Below are positions 11,040-21,921 of a DNA stretch of 41,956 nt, in pieces. The position numbers were made by a program, and so were the translations under genes. The stretch comes from Octopus sinensis (lineage: Eukaryota), in assembly GCF_006345805.1 (NCBI RefSeq), contig NW_021831975.1:1-41956 (forward strand), written 5' to 3'. Below the pieces are notes generated by a model that ran no database searches, was not told where the DNA came from, and saw only the letters and a list, made by a program, of their open reading frames with translations. Within the stretch, counting starts at the first letter, position 1. Every line of letters begins with the position of its first letter.

Positions 11040-11630
11040 GAATGCGCTGAGAGTTTAAACTGGGCAGCAGAGACATCAGATGTGGTGTGCATGAGAGAAC
11101 TCAGTGAACTTATGTGATGAGGGAACTTATGTGATGTGGATGGATGAGGGCAGTTGCATAAAGAAGTGCTGATCACGTAACCCCTTACCCGGCAGAAACG
11201 AATATATTCGTTTTGACCGAAATCGTTTTTTTCTATCTCTGGCGAGTTAACTCGTCAAAAGATAGACTCGCCAAAATCGACAGCAAACGAGTCTTCGTCT
11301 AAAAACGGGTTAACTCGTTTCTGCCCAAAGCGGTAATTTAAAATCAATATTATTGAATTAAATTCATATAATAAGGTTTGAAATATACCTCGAAATCACC
11401 ATTCAAAACATAGTAAAATAAAACAATTAAATAATATGTCTGAAAAAATACATTTATTTTCAAAATAATTGTTGGGTAAGGGGTTAAAGTGGATGAAACT
11501 TATGAAAGAAGGAGACCCAGAAAAACATGGAATGAAGAGGTGAAGACCATCCTCAAAATGTTGAGCTTCATCATGGAGGAGATGACAAAGGATCAAGATG
11601 AATGCTGTGCTTTAGAAGGCCCGTCCATCT
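11040..11630 (+). pseudogene. Decayed RTE-clade LINE ORF C-terminus, split by a MITE
   Basis: Translates as KLGSRDIRCGVHER...MDEGSCIKKC*SL | KVDETYERRRPRKTWNEEVK...MTKDQD, matching the RTE C-terminal RGRPRKTW region. Confidence 0.75.
11181..11483. mobile_element. piggyBac-type MITE inserted in the RTE fragment
   Basis: Perfect 10 bp TIR CCCCTTACCC / GGGTAAGGGG flanked by GTAA and TTAA. Excision restores the RTE reading frame. Confidence 0.8.
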
Positions 11631-11675
11631 TGGTAAAAGTGAGGTTCTGTCTAACCTTTCCCAACAATTCATCTT

Positions 11676-12303
11676 AATATAATATAATATAATGAAATTA
11701 TTGTATACAGTGCTCAGGGGCACCACAACTTGTCAGAAAGTGCGTATAAAGTATGTGCAGTAATGTAAAAATGTCTGGAAAGCAAACAATGTATGAGTCA
11801 GGTACATGCTTACGTGTGTATGGAGGGGAGAAATTCAGGTGTAGTGTTGGCGAATCTCAGGAAGCATGGAAGTCTTGAAGGATGCAGTGCTCCGACAACT
11901 AACAACTGATGCCGGCAGTTTGTTCCATGCTTCAGCAACTCTCAGCATGAAAAAATGTTTCCTAAAGTCATGGGAGCTGTGCTGTTTTCTTACTTTGTAA
12001 ATATGTCCACGGGTGTTAGACGGGTGGAGTTTGAAAAGGTGCTCAGAGTTATTGTTTGTACGATGGTTGATAATTTTATGGGTGTCTGCCAAGTCAGCTG
12101 CCAGACGTCGGAGTTTCAATGTGTCCATGCCCAGGGAAGTAAGGCGTTCAGGATATGGCAAATGCCTGATGGAGGGTATTCTTTTGGTTGCACGTTGCTG
12201 AACAGCTTCCAGATGATTGATATCCTGGGCAAGATAGGGGGTCCAGACCGGTGATGCAAATTCCAGGTGAGGTCTTACCATAGCTATATAAAGCCGCAGA
12301 TAG
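11676..12303 (-). mobile_element. 5'-truncated CR1-clade LINE (ORF2 C-terminus, 3' UTR, ATTAT tail)
   Basis: ORF 12281->11835 (MVRPHLEFASPVWTPYL...LEAVQQRATK...YPERL...TRGH...RKHFF..RVAEAWNKLP) is a typical CR1 ORF2 tail. An (ATTAT)n terminal repeat lies at about 11676-11693. Confidence 0.92.
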
Positions 12304-12454
12304 GGGTTCTATTTACTCAGGGGTTGTAAACAATACCCTTATTGTATCCCTACAACTGTTCCTTATCACCTCTTCCTCCTCCTTGATCCACTCCTAAAAT
12401 AGGTCTTGTCAAGCCCTAATCCCCTACACCTCATACTGTATCCCGATTTTCTGT

Positions 12455-12662
12455 AACCATTGCCAGTACTGCCTGACTGGCCCTCGTGCCGGTGGCACGT
12501 AAAAGCACTCACTACACTCTCGGAGTGGTTGGCACTAGGAAGGGCATCCAGCTGTAGAAATTCTGCCAGATCAGATTGAAGCCTGGTGCAGCCATCTGTT
12601 CGCCAGTCCTCAGTCAAATTGTCCAACCCATGCTAGAATGGAAAGCGGACGTTAAATGAAGA

Positions 12663-12666
<4 letters not shown>
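12455..12666 (+). mobile_element. Retroposon 3' segment with (GAT)n tail (family D)
   Basis: ...ggaagggcatccagctgtagaaa...ccaacccatgctag...ggacgttaaa-(GAT)n. Related copies at about 6855-6990(-), 13178-13740(-), 15200-15283(+) and 18067-18323(+). Confidence 0.8.
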
Positions 12667-12706
<40 letters not shown>

Positions 12707-12773
12707 GTATGTAGCTATGTATGTGAGTATATATATGTGTGTGCATATGTATGTATGTGTGTGTGTGCGTGTG

Positions 12774-12900
12774 TGGGAGGATCTTGCTCATGATGTTCAG
12801 GCTGCTGCTGATGCAAATGACAGCAAGAAGCTTTACCATCTTGCATAAGTCAGTCCCAGAGCGCACAATGTTCCTGAAGGTCAGCAATGGTCTACCTCGG
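12774..12900 (+). pseudogene. Short internal RTE LINE ORF fragment
   Basis: WEDLAHDVQAAADANDSKKLYHLA* then, frameshifted, FLKVSNG; resembles the RTE endonuclease-RT linker. Confidence 0.55.
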
Positions 12901-12929
12901 TCACGAGTGGACGGCCATCATACAGACTC

Positions 12930-13156
12930 ATAGGGCAGCTTTCCTGGTTTCTGTGGCACACAAATTCTGCCACTGGATGGGACGCCAGTCCATCACAGGG
13001 TTAATCCTATTTTGCCAGCTGTGTGGACCTGACCTGAACAATGTAAAAATAAAGCACTTTGCCCAAGAATACAACACTCAGCCCGGTCCAGGAATTGAAA
13101 CCACAATCTTATGATCAGGAGTCCAACACTCTAACCACTAAGCCATAAGCCTTCAC
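12930..13156 (-). mobile_element. Older tRNA-type SINE (family E)
   Basis: Minus-strand head tggcttagtggttagagtgttggac...ggtttcaattcctggaccgg. Related to 13765-14030(+), 38872-39205(+) and 39850-40070(-). Confidence 0.75.
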
Positions 13157-13177
13157 ATATACATATACATATACATA

Positions 13178-13391
13178 TCATCATCATCATCATCATCATC
13201 GTTTAACGTCCGTTCTCCATGCTAGCATGGGTTGGACGGTTCGACTGGGGTCTGGGAAGCCAGAAGGCTGCACCAGGCTACAGTCTGATCTGGCAGTGTT
13301 TCTACAGCTGGATGCCCTTCCTAACGCCATCCACTCCGTGAGTGTAGTGGGTGCTTTTTACGTGCCACCTGCACTGGAGCCAGGCGAGGCT

Positions 13392-13422
<31 letters not shown>

Positions 13423-13740
13423 CATCATTATCATCATCATCATCGTTTAACGTCCGTTCTCCATGCTAGCATGGGTTGGACGGTTCGACCGGGGTTCTGG
13501 GAAGCCAGGAGGCTGCACCAGGCTCCAGTCTTATCTGGCAGTGTTTCTACAGCTGGATGCCCTTCCTAACACCTTCATCGTTTAACGTCTGTTCTCCATG
13601 CTAGCATGGGTTGGACGGTTCGACCGGGGTTCTGGGAAGCCAGGAGGCTGCACCAGGCTCCAGTCTTATCTGGCAGTGTTTCTACAGCTGGATGCCCTTC
13701 CTAACGCCAACCACTCCGTGAGTGTAGTGGGTTGGCGTTA
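13178..13740 (-). mobile_element. Three head-to-tail family D 3' segments
   Basis: catcgtttaacgtc.gttctccatgctagcatgggttgg recurs at about 13197, 13441 and 13576. Confidence 0.85.
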
Positions 13741-14045
13741 CATATAAAAATGTGTCTGTGAGTGTGGAGGCATGTAGATTAATGGTTAGTGGGTGTTAGA
13801 CTAATGATAGTAAAGATCGTGGTTTCAATTCCTGGACCAGGCGATGTGATGTGTTCTTGAGAAAGAAAATAAATTCATTTCATGTTTCTCAAGTCCACTC
13901 AGCTAACAAAAATGGGTAACCCTGTGACAGACCAGCACCCAGTCCAAGGGGTGGGGAATAAATAAGCCACAGAAACTGGGAAACCAGCCTTATGAGCCTC
14001 TTGGTCGGGAAGGACATTTGACCCTTTTATTGATGATGATGATAT

Positions 14046-14628
14046 GTGAGATATTCAGCAACAGTACTTTGTAGTAGTGGGTAGCAATTTTCGTCACTCC
14101 TTGAAGTAGTGATGGCCCTGCCTGACATGAGTCCCGGGCTCAGCTGGCTCCGGCTGACAGTACCCAGTATGGGCCCCTATTCAGGGTCACGGAAGGGAAA
14201 CAACCTTCAAAAGAAATTGGGAGTGGAGGCCTGTAGGTGGTTTAGTGTTCGACTTGACAATCTTCTGGCAGCTCCTGCAACCAAGCTGGTGCCGCCAAAC
14301 GTAATACTCGGCACTCCTTTGGAATCCTGACGATTGGGCTACCCAGGATATTCTTACATCTAGCCCAGGCCTGCGCAAAATTGGAGAGGACATGAAATGT
14401 AAAAACCAGACTGGATTAGTTTATGCGCAACTCTTGAGACAAAAGGATGCAAACAGCAACTTGGTAGTAAAGATTGTTTGCCAACATAACATAGCTTGTT
14501 TGAAAAATATAAGGACACAGATCGTATCGTATAGCCAGCTGGAGCTGATGTTTCCTGGGGCTAAATTACAGCAACATTAGTCCTAAACCAGGACTGCTAT
14601 GTTATGATGGTAAACAATCTTTACTATA
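14046..14628. mobile_element. Rearranged copy of the 10.1-11.0 kb repeat family: inverted segment joined to a direct segment
   Basis: 14046-14076 and 14464-14495 are the reverse complement of the unit. 14496-14627 is the unit in direct orientation. 14465-14495 and 14597-14627 form an inverted pair. Confidence 0.75.
14077..14453 (+). mobile_element. Non-autonomous RTE/BovB-type retroposon with degenerate TSD, inserted in a Penelope-like remnant
   Basis: Flanks cagcaacagtactttgtagta (14056-14076) and cagcaacttggtagta (14454-14469). The 3' end ctcttgagacaaaaggatgc resembles BovB-type tails. Confidence 0.55.
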
Positions 14629-14750
14629 CATAATTAAGGATTTGATTCTTATTTCTTTATTGCCCACAAGGGGCTAAACACAGAGGAGACAAACAAGGAC
14701 AGACAAACGTATTAAGTCGATTACATCGACCGCAGCGCGAAACTGGTACT

Positions 14751-15115
14751 TGTCTTCTACAGATGATGTTCTGCTTTTGAAGCGCACGTACCTCTTAAAA
14801 ACATCACATACAACTCATTGTCTCATCACTGTAAGCTTGCCAAAGCATGCTCAATGTCCCTAGGGCAGACTTTCCCAAGTTTAATGCAAAACTTCATGTT
14901 GGCTCATTGTTCCTAACCATGACAAAAATCGCAGACTACAGCATACACGTGATCACAAAAACACAAATTTCACAAACTTGTGAAGTAAACACAGTGATGT
15001 CACTCAAACACTGACTCATGAAGGTCACTGCAGGCCCCCTTTGTACATGCAAACATGTGCTGCCATCTGTTGCACACTACAGAACTAATCTGGGAACTTT
15101 TTGATACCACCTTTA
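14751..15115 (-). mobile_element. Mariner transposon 5' remnant (TIR plus decayed transposase N-terminus)
   Basis: The minus-strand end aaggtggtatcaaaaagttcc is mariner-TIR-like. 14915->14751 translates with stops and frameshifts as EQ*ANMKFCIKLGK-SALGTLSMLWQAYSDETMS..F-KRYVRFKSRTSSVED. Confidence 0.8.
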
Positions 15116-15116
15116 A

Positions 15117-15159
<43 letters not shown>

Positions 15160-15160
15160 A

Positions 15161-15199
<39 letters not shown>

Positions 15200-15307
15200 G
15201 CTCCCCAGACCCCTTGAACTGTCCAACCCATGCTAGCATGGAAAGCGGACATTAAACGATGATGATGATGATGATGATGATGATATATATATATAATATA
15301 TATATAT

Positions 15308-15610
15308 CACCTTGATTACCGTGATCGACCAGACCATCAGATGTTGCTACACATCACTGGTCACAATGTGCTTTGCATTGTTTTAGCCTTCGAACGACAC
15401 CACCCCACTGGCTAAGCGAGCAAGACAACAGAAGAAAGAGTGAGAGAAAGTTGTGGCGAAAGAGTACAGCAGGGATCACCACCATCCCCTGCTGGAGCCT
15501 CGTGGAGCTTTTGGTGTTTTCACTCAATAAACACTCACAATGCCCGGTCTGGGAATCGAAACCGCGAGTCCTCTGCCCTAACCCCCTAACCACAGGGCCA
15601 TTACACCTCA
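15308..15610 (-). mobile_element. tRNA-type SINE family C
   Basis: Head gaggtgtaatggccctgtggttaggg...ggtttcgattcccagaccggg; second partial copy at about 19785-19925(-). Confidence 0.8.
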
Positions 15611-15782
15611 ATATATATATATAAATATATATATATATTCTTCAATAAGATAAGTTATGATTTTATTTTTCATTATTATTATTATATTTTATTTGATTAT
15701 TTAGTATTTAGATACATATATTTCTATATTTATTTGTTAATTTATTATATGTTTAAATACATACATTTATTTTATTATTTTA

Positions 15783-15890
15783 GAGCTGAAGAGTGGCTAT
15801 ATTTTTAAATTGAATTAATTTTAATAGTATCGATTTTATTACTTTATTATTATCAATTTAAAGATATAGTCACGAAACACGCGTAATCAA
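15783..15890 (+). ncRNA. Hammerhead-like motif with an approximately 80 nt stem-loop II, in an AT-rich repeat (about 15636-16015)
   Basis: CTGAAGA (15786-15792), gtggctatatttttaaattga...tcaatttaaagatatagtcac, GAAA (15874-15877), cacgcg-TA. Stem I is poorly paired. The start of the repeat recurs at 20454-20540. Confidence 0.55.
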
Positions 15891-16436
15891 TTTTATGTTT
15901 ATTTAATTTAGTGATCTTTTAAATAATATTTATTATAGAATATTAAATTTTTTCTACATGGTGTGGATAATCTCTTTCACTATTGAATTACTTAATAGAG
16001 GTTATTTCTCTTAATTATATATATATATATGTATATGTATATGTATAGATCAAAAGAGTTTGATTCAAATTTGTTGGTACTCTTAAGTTTCAAGCGTGAT
16101 GCCAGTCATCAGCCATTTTGAATATGAATGACAGAAGTTGATTGTTATTACCATAAGGTGGGCTGCGAGTGGTCGAGGAAGGTCATGGGGGTGTCATGAT
16201 TTGATGTTGGTGTATGGGTAACAGTTAGTTGGAAAATACATGCACGCACACATATCTTTCTTGACGAAGAGCTATGTACCCGAAATGTTAAACTCTCTCC
16301 TTTCACTATACATCAGGCTAATATTCTTCTTTTCGTGTGCACGTCCTCACATTCATTGTTTTACTTTTTTGCTTGTTATCCATTCATTTGAACTGTTTGT
16401 TTATTTCAATTGACTGTCTCTCTCTCTCTCTCTCTC

Positions 16437-16478
<42 letters not shown>

Positions 16479-16481
<3 letters not shown>

Positions 16482-16911
16482 TCTTACTCTCTTTACTCTT
16501 TTACTTGTTTCAGTCATGTGACTGTGGCCATGCTGGAGCACCACCTTTTAGTCGAGCAAATCGACCCCGGGACTTATTCTTTGTAAGCCTAGTACTTATT
16601 TTATCGGTCTCTTTTTTGCGAACCACCGCTAAGTGACGGGGACGTAACACACCAGTATCGGTTGTCAAGCGATTTAGGGGACAAACACAACAGACACACA
16701 AACACATACACGCACATACATATATATATATATATATATACATATATACGACAGGCTTCTTTCAGTTTCCGTCTTCCAAATCCACTCACAAGGCTTTGGT
16801 TGGCCCGAGGCTATAGTAAAAGACACTTGTCCAAGGTGCCACGCAGTGGGACTGAACCCGGAACCATGTGATTGGTAAGCAAGCTCCTTACCACACAGCC
16901 ACTCCTACGCC
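16479..16911 (-). mobile_element. Full-length SINE family A
   Basis: Same head, body and tail as 7493-7899. Confidence 0.92.
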
Positions 16912-17040
16912 TATATATATATAATCATATCAAAGGGAAATGGAAATTAATTAAAATTTACATTTCCAATGGTCTAACGTGTAAAAAAAAATTTAGTCAA
17001 AAAGACTATATATTAGTCATACGATATAGTGTATATTGAA

Positions 17041-17325
17041 ACACATAAGGAATCCACTTTACTCTTTTACTCTTTTACTCTTTTACTTGTTTCAGCCATC
17101 CGGCTGAGGCCATGCTGGGGCACCGCCCCAGAGATTCTACACACTAGAAAGAACAGCTAGGTTCTATAACCACAAAAATTAGGGATAAAATTTGACAGGA
17201 ATAAACTGGAAACTGGATAGTTTCTAAATTTATTCCTGTCAAATTTTATCCCTAATTTTTGTGGTTATAGAACCTAGCTGTTCATTCTAGCATATAGAAT
17301 CTTTATAAGTGGATTCCTTATGTGT
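17041..17325. repeat. Long inverted repeat (foldback) interrupted by a SINE tail
   Basis: 55 bp perfect arms 17151-17205 and 17229-17283; outer arms 17041-17059 and 17307-17325; SINE-type tail inserted at about 17060-17130. Confidence 0.9.
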
Positions 17326-17336
17326 CTATATATATA

Positions 17337-17567
17337 TATTTCTTTACTACCCACAAGGGGCTAAACACAGAAGGGACAAACAAGGACAGACAAAGGGATT
17401 AAGTCGATTACATCGACCCCAGTGCGTAACTGGTACTTAATTTATCGACCCCAAAAGGATGAAAGGCAAAGTCGACCTCGGCGGAATTTGAACTCGGAAC
17501 GTAACGACAGACGAAATACGGCTACGCATTTCGCCCCGTGTGCTAATGTTTCTGCCAGCTCGCTGCC
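17337..17567 (-). mobile_element. Full-length monomeric SINE family B
   Basis: Reverse complement of the 5115-5345 head plus unit. Other copies at 14649-14751, 20017-20227, 37726-37935 and 38106-38245 (all minus). Confidence 0.9.
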
Positions 17568-17984
17568 TTGTCTATATATATATATTTATATATGATTGAT
17601 TGATTGATTCTAGTTTCAGCTCATGAGCTGTGGCCATGCTGGGGCACCGCCATATATATATGGAATAATTACTGTGAAGCATTGTGTAGAATATATTGTA
17701 TAAAAGATCATGGGTAAGACCAAAACAATGTGAGGGAAATGATGCAAGGCAAATCACAAGAAAACAAATATGTAGATTTATGTAGACTTACCTTGTGTTC
17801 AATATTTTGGGGTTGTGACCCAATTTTCTTGAAAATGGGGTCAATACAAGGTAAGTCTACATTAACTCACACATTTCTTTTCTTGTGATTTACCTTGCAT
17901 TTACTTCACATTGTTTTGAACTTACCCCCGATCTTTATACGATATATATACATATACATATATATTATATAATATATATATATC

Positions 17985-18015
<31 letters not shown>

Positions 18016-18066
18016 TATATTATATATATATATATATATAATATATATATTATATATATATATATC

Positions 18067-18323
18067 GCCTGGCCCCGTGCCGGTGACACGTAAAGCACCA
18101 TCCGTTCGTGGCCGTTCGCCAGCTCTGTCTGGCACCTGTGCAGGTGGCACGTAAAAAAACCCACTACACTCGCGGAGTGGTTGGCGTTAGGAAGGCATCC
18201 AGCCGTATAAACCTGCCAGAGATCTGACTGGGCCTGACGAAGCCTTCCAGCTTCACAGACCCCAGTTGACCCGTCCACCCATGCTAGCATGGAAAACGGA
18301 CGCTAAACGATGATGATGATGAT
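18067..18323 (+). mobile_element. Family D retroposon 3' segment with (GAT)n tail
   Basis: Homologous to 12455-12666. Confidence 0.8.
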
Positions 18324-18469
18324 ACATATATATACATATATATGTATATATATGTATATACATATATTACATATAATATATATAATATATACATATGTAC
18401 ATATATAATATATTACATACATATACATATATATACATATATATATATACATACATATATATATATATT

Positions 18470-18516
<47 letters not shown>

Positions 18517-18519
18517 ACA

Positions 18520-18565
<46 letters not shown>

Positions 18566-18665
18566 GTTAATCCAAACAAGAAAACACAAAAAAAACACAC
18601 AGCAACGCGAGACGTGGAACAAATAAAGTATTATTGGACGCCCAGGAAAGAAGGGAAGAAGGAGG

Positions 18666-18699
18666 GTTTGACGTTTCGAGCGAGCTCTTCGTCGGAAAC
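18666..18699 (-). ncRNA. Minimal hammerhead-like motif in a TA-flanked Penelope-like repeat (about 18565-18768)
   Basis: Minus strand: GTTT-CCGACGA-A-GAG ctcg CTC-GAAA-CG-TC-AAAC. Loopless palindromic stem III (ACGT), GUC site, U4->C core variant. Confidence 0.6.
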
Positions 18700-19333
18700 A
18701 TAGGAGAAGGAAAGATCCCGAAAAGGGAAGACAGAGGAAAAAAAATTGCTGGCGGTGTTCACGGGGTCACATATATATATAGGTATGTACACATAGGTGC
18801 AAGTGTGTGTATATATATATATATAGGTATGTACACATAGGTGCAAGTGTGGGTATGTGCTAAGAAGCTTGTTTCCCAAACACATGCTTCCGGGTTCAGT
18901 CCTACTGTGTGGCACCTTGGGCAAGACTTGTGCATGGATTTGGTAGATGGAAACTGAAAGAAGCCCGTCGTATATATGTAAGTATATATATATAATATAT
19001 ATATACATAAAAAGAAACCTGTTGCATGTGAGTGGGTGGTGGTCGTGGTGGTGGTGTGTGTGTATGTGTGTATGTGTGCGTGCGTGCATGCATGTTTGTG
19101 TTAGTCTCCCGTTACCGTTTGAAAACTGGTGTTGGTTTGTTTATGTCTCTATAACTTAGTGGTTTGGTTCAGCATAAAGAAACTGATATAATAAGAGCTG
19201 AGATTAGAGAAAATTAAGTGCTGGGGTTCATCCTTCAAGGTTGTGCACCAGCATGGCCACACTCAAATAACTGAAACAAGTAAAAGATAAATATACATTT
19301 TTATACACACACGTATGTATATAAACCTATATA

Positions 19334-19380
<47 letters not shown>

Positions 19381-19473
19381 CATACACATATATATACATA
19401 TACATACATATATACATACATATATATACATATACACACATATATATACATACATATATATACATATACACAC

Positions 19474-19512
<39 letters not shown>

Positions 19513-19614
19513 CATACATACATATATATATAATACATACATACATATATGTATTATATACTTACATATATATGTGTGTGTGCATTAGTATATATATATA
19601 TATATATACAGATT

Positions 19615-19674
<60 letters not shown>

Positions 19675-20229
19675 TGTATATGTAAATGACAGGCTTCTTT
19701 CAGTTTCTGCCCATCATATCCACTCTCAAGGCTCTGGTCAGAAGAGGGTTATATTGGAAGGCACTTGCTCAAGTACAGCAGGGACTGCCACCACCCCATG
19801 CCGGAGCCTCGTGGAGCTTTAGATGTTTTTGCTCAATAAACACTCACAATGCCAGGTCTGGGAATTGAAACTGCGATTCTACAACTGCAAGTCCGCTGCC
19901 CTAACCACTGGGCCATTGCGCCTCCAATGGGGCTAAACATAGAGGGGACAAACTAGGTCATTGCGCCTCCAATGGGGCTAAACATAGAGGGGACAAACTA
20001 GGTCATTGCGCCTCCATGGGGCTAAACATAGAGGGGACAAACAAGGACAGACAAAGGGATTAAGCCGATCTCATCGACCCCAGTGCGTAACTGGTACTTA
20101 TTTAATCGACCCCGAAAGGATGAAAGGCAAAGTCGACCTCAGCGGAATTTGAACTCAGAACGTAACGCCAGATGAAATACCGCTAAACATTTCACCCGGT
20201 GTGCTAACGTTTCTGCCAGCTTGCCGCTT

Positions 20230-20296
<67 letters not shown>

Positions 20297-20609
20297 ATAG
20301 ATATATATAGATATTATATATAGATATATATATAATATATATATATATATAGATATATATATATATATTATATATATATATATATATATACATTATATAT
20401 AATATATATATATATATATAGTATATATATATATATATCTATATATATATATATATTCTTCAATAAGGTAAGTTATGATTTTATTTTTCATTAATATTAT
20501 TATATTTTATTTGGTTATATTTATTTGATTTTATTTGATGCAGCAGGAACGAACCCTAAAACCACGTGGCTGGGGAAACAACAGGTATCTTCTTAGCCGC
20601 AAATACCCA

Positions 20610-21607
20610 GGCACAGGAGTGGCTGTGTGGTAAGTAGCTTGCTTACCGACCACATGGCTCCGCGTTCAGTCCCACTGCATGGCATCTTGAGCAAGTGCCT
20701 TCTACTATAGCCTTGGGCCAACCAATGCCTTGTGAGTGGATTTGGTAGACGGAAACTGAAAGAAGCCTGTCGTAGATATGTATATATATATATATGTATG
20801 TGTGTGTATATGTTTGTGTGTCTGTGTTTGTCCCCCTAGCATTGCTTGACAACCGATGCTTGTGTGTTTATGTCCCCGTCACTTCACGGTTCAGCAAAAC
20901 GGGATCGATAGAATAAGTACTGGGCTTACAAAGAATAAGTCCCGGGGTCGATTTGCTCGACTAAAGGCGGTGCTCCAGCATGGCCGCAGTCAAATGACTG
21001 AAACAAGTAAAAGAGTATATATGTATATATTATATATATGTGTATATGTGTGTGTGTATATGTTTGTGTGTCTGTGTTTGTCCCCCTAGCATTGCTTGAC
21101 CACCGATGCTGGTGTGTTTATGTCCCCCGTCACTTCGCGGTTCAGCAAAAAGGGATCGATAGAATAAGTACTGGGCTTACAAAGAATAAGTCCTGGGGTC
21201 GATTTGCTCGACAAGGCGGTGCTCTCAGCATGGCCGCAGTGAAAACTGACTGAAACAAGTAAAAGAGACCGATTTAAATGAGTACTGGGCTTACAAAGAA
21301 TAAGTCCCGGGTCGATTTGCTCGACTAAAGGCGGTGCAAGCATGGCCACAGTCAAATGACTGAAACAAGTAAAAAGAAGACCGACAGAATAAGTACTAGG
21401 CTTACAAAGAATAATGTGCTGGGGTCGATTTGCTCGACTAAAGGTGGTGCTCCAGCATGGCACACAGTCAAATGACTGAAACAAGTAAAAGAGACCGACA
21501 GAATAAGTACTAGGCTTAAAAAGAATAAGTCTGGGGGTCGATTTGCTCGAACTAAAGGCGGTGCTCCAGCATGGCTGCAGTCAAATGACTGAAACAAGTA
21601 GAAGAGA
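20610..21607 (+). mobile_element. SINE family A with reiterated 3' modules
   Basis: Full copy 20610-21017, repeat of the 3' half at about 21018-21266, then three further 110-120 bp tail units ending gactgaaacaagta at about 21371, 21488 and 21600. Confidence 0.9.
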
Positions 21608-21759
21608 GAAAAGGCCTGTGCTTCCCCACCGGAACTGAAATCCACATTAATCAAACCGTGGGCATATAAGAGAAAAAATATAATAAACTGACAAAATGAG
21701 AAGAAGCGGAAAGACAAAAGATCTGCAAATAAAGCCATGAGTGATGTTTTGCGACTTAC

Positions 21760-21921
21760 CTTGACCTCTAGGTTTAAATCTTTTGCTGCGTCCCTACGCC
21801 TGAGCCATGTGAGGAACTGTTGTGGCGGTATGGGCTTCCTCTTGACCGATTCCACGTTGATTTCTTCACGTTCTGCGGATGTAAAACAACAGAGATTCGG
21901 CAGCTTGGTCAGAGCTGGCAT
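21760..21921 (-). CDS. Probable first coding exon of a host gene (54 aa); tentatively a protein-tyrosine-phosphatase N-terminus/wedge region
   Basis: ATG at 21921 with G at -3. Non-repetitive peptide MPALTKLPNLCCFTSAEREEINVESVKRKPIPPQQFLTWLRRRDAAKDLNLEVK ends exactly at a consensus phase-0 donor AAG|GTAAGT. KPIP..F...L.LE.K resembles the helix pair preceding classical PTP domains; the product call is weak. Confidence 0.55.
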
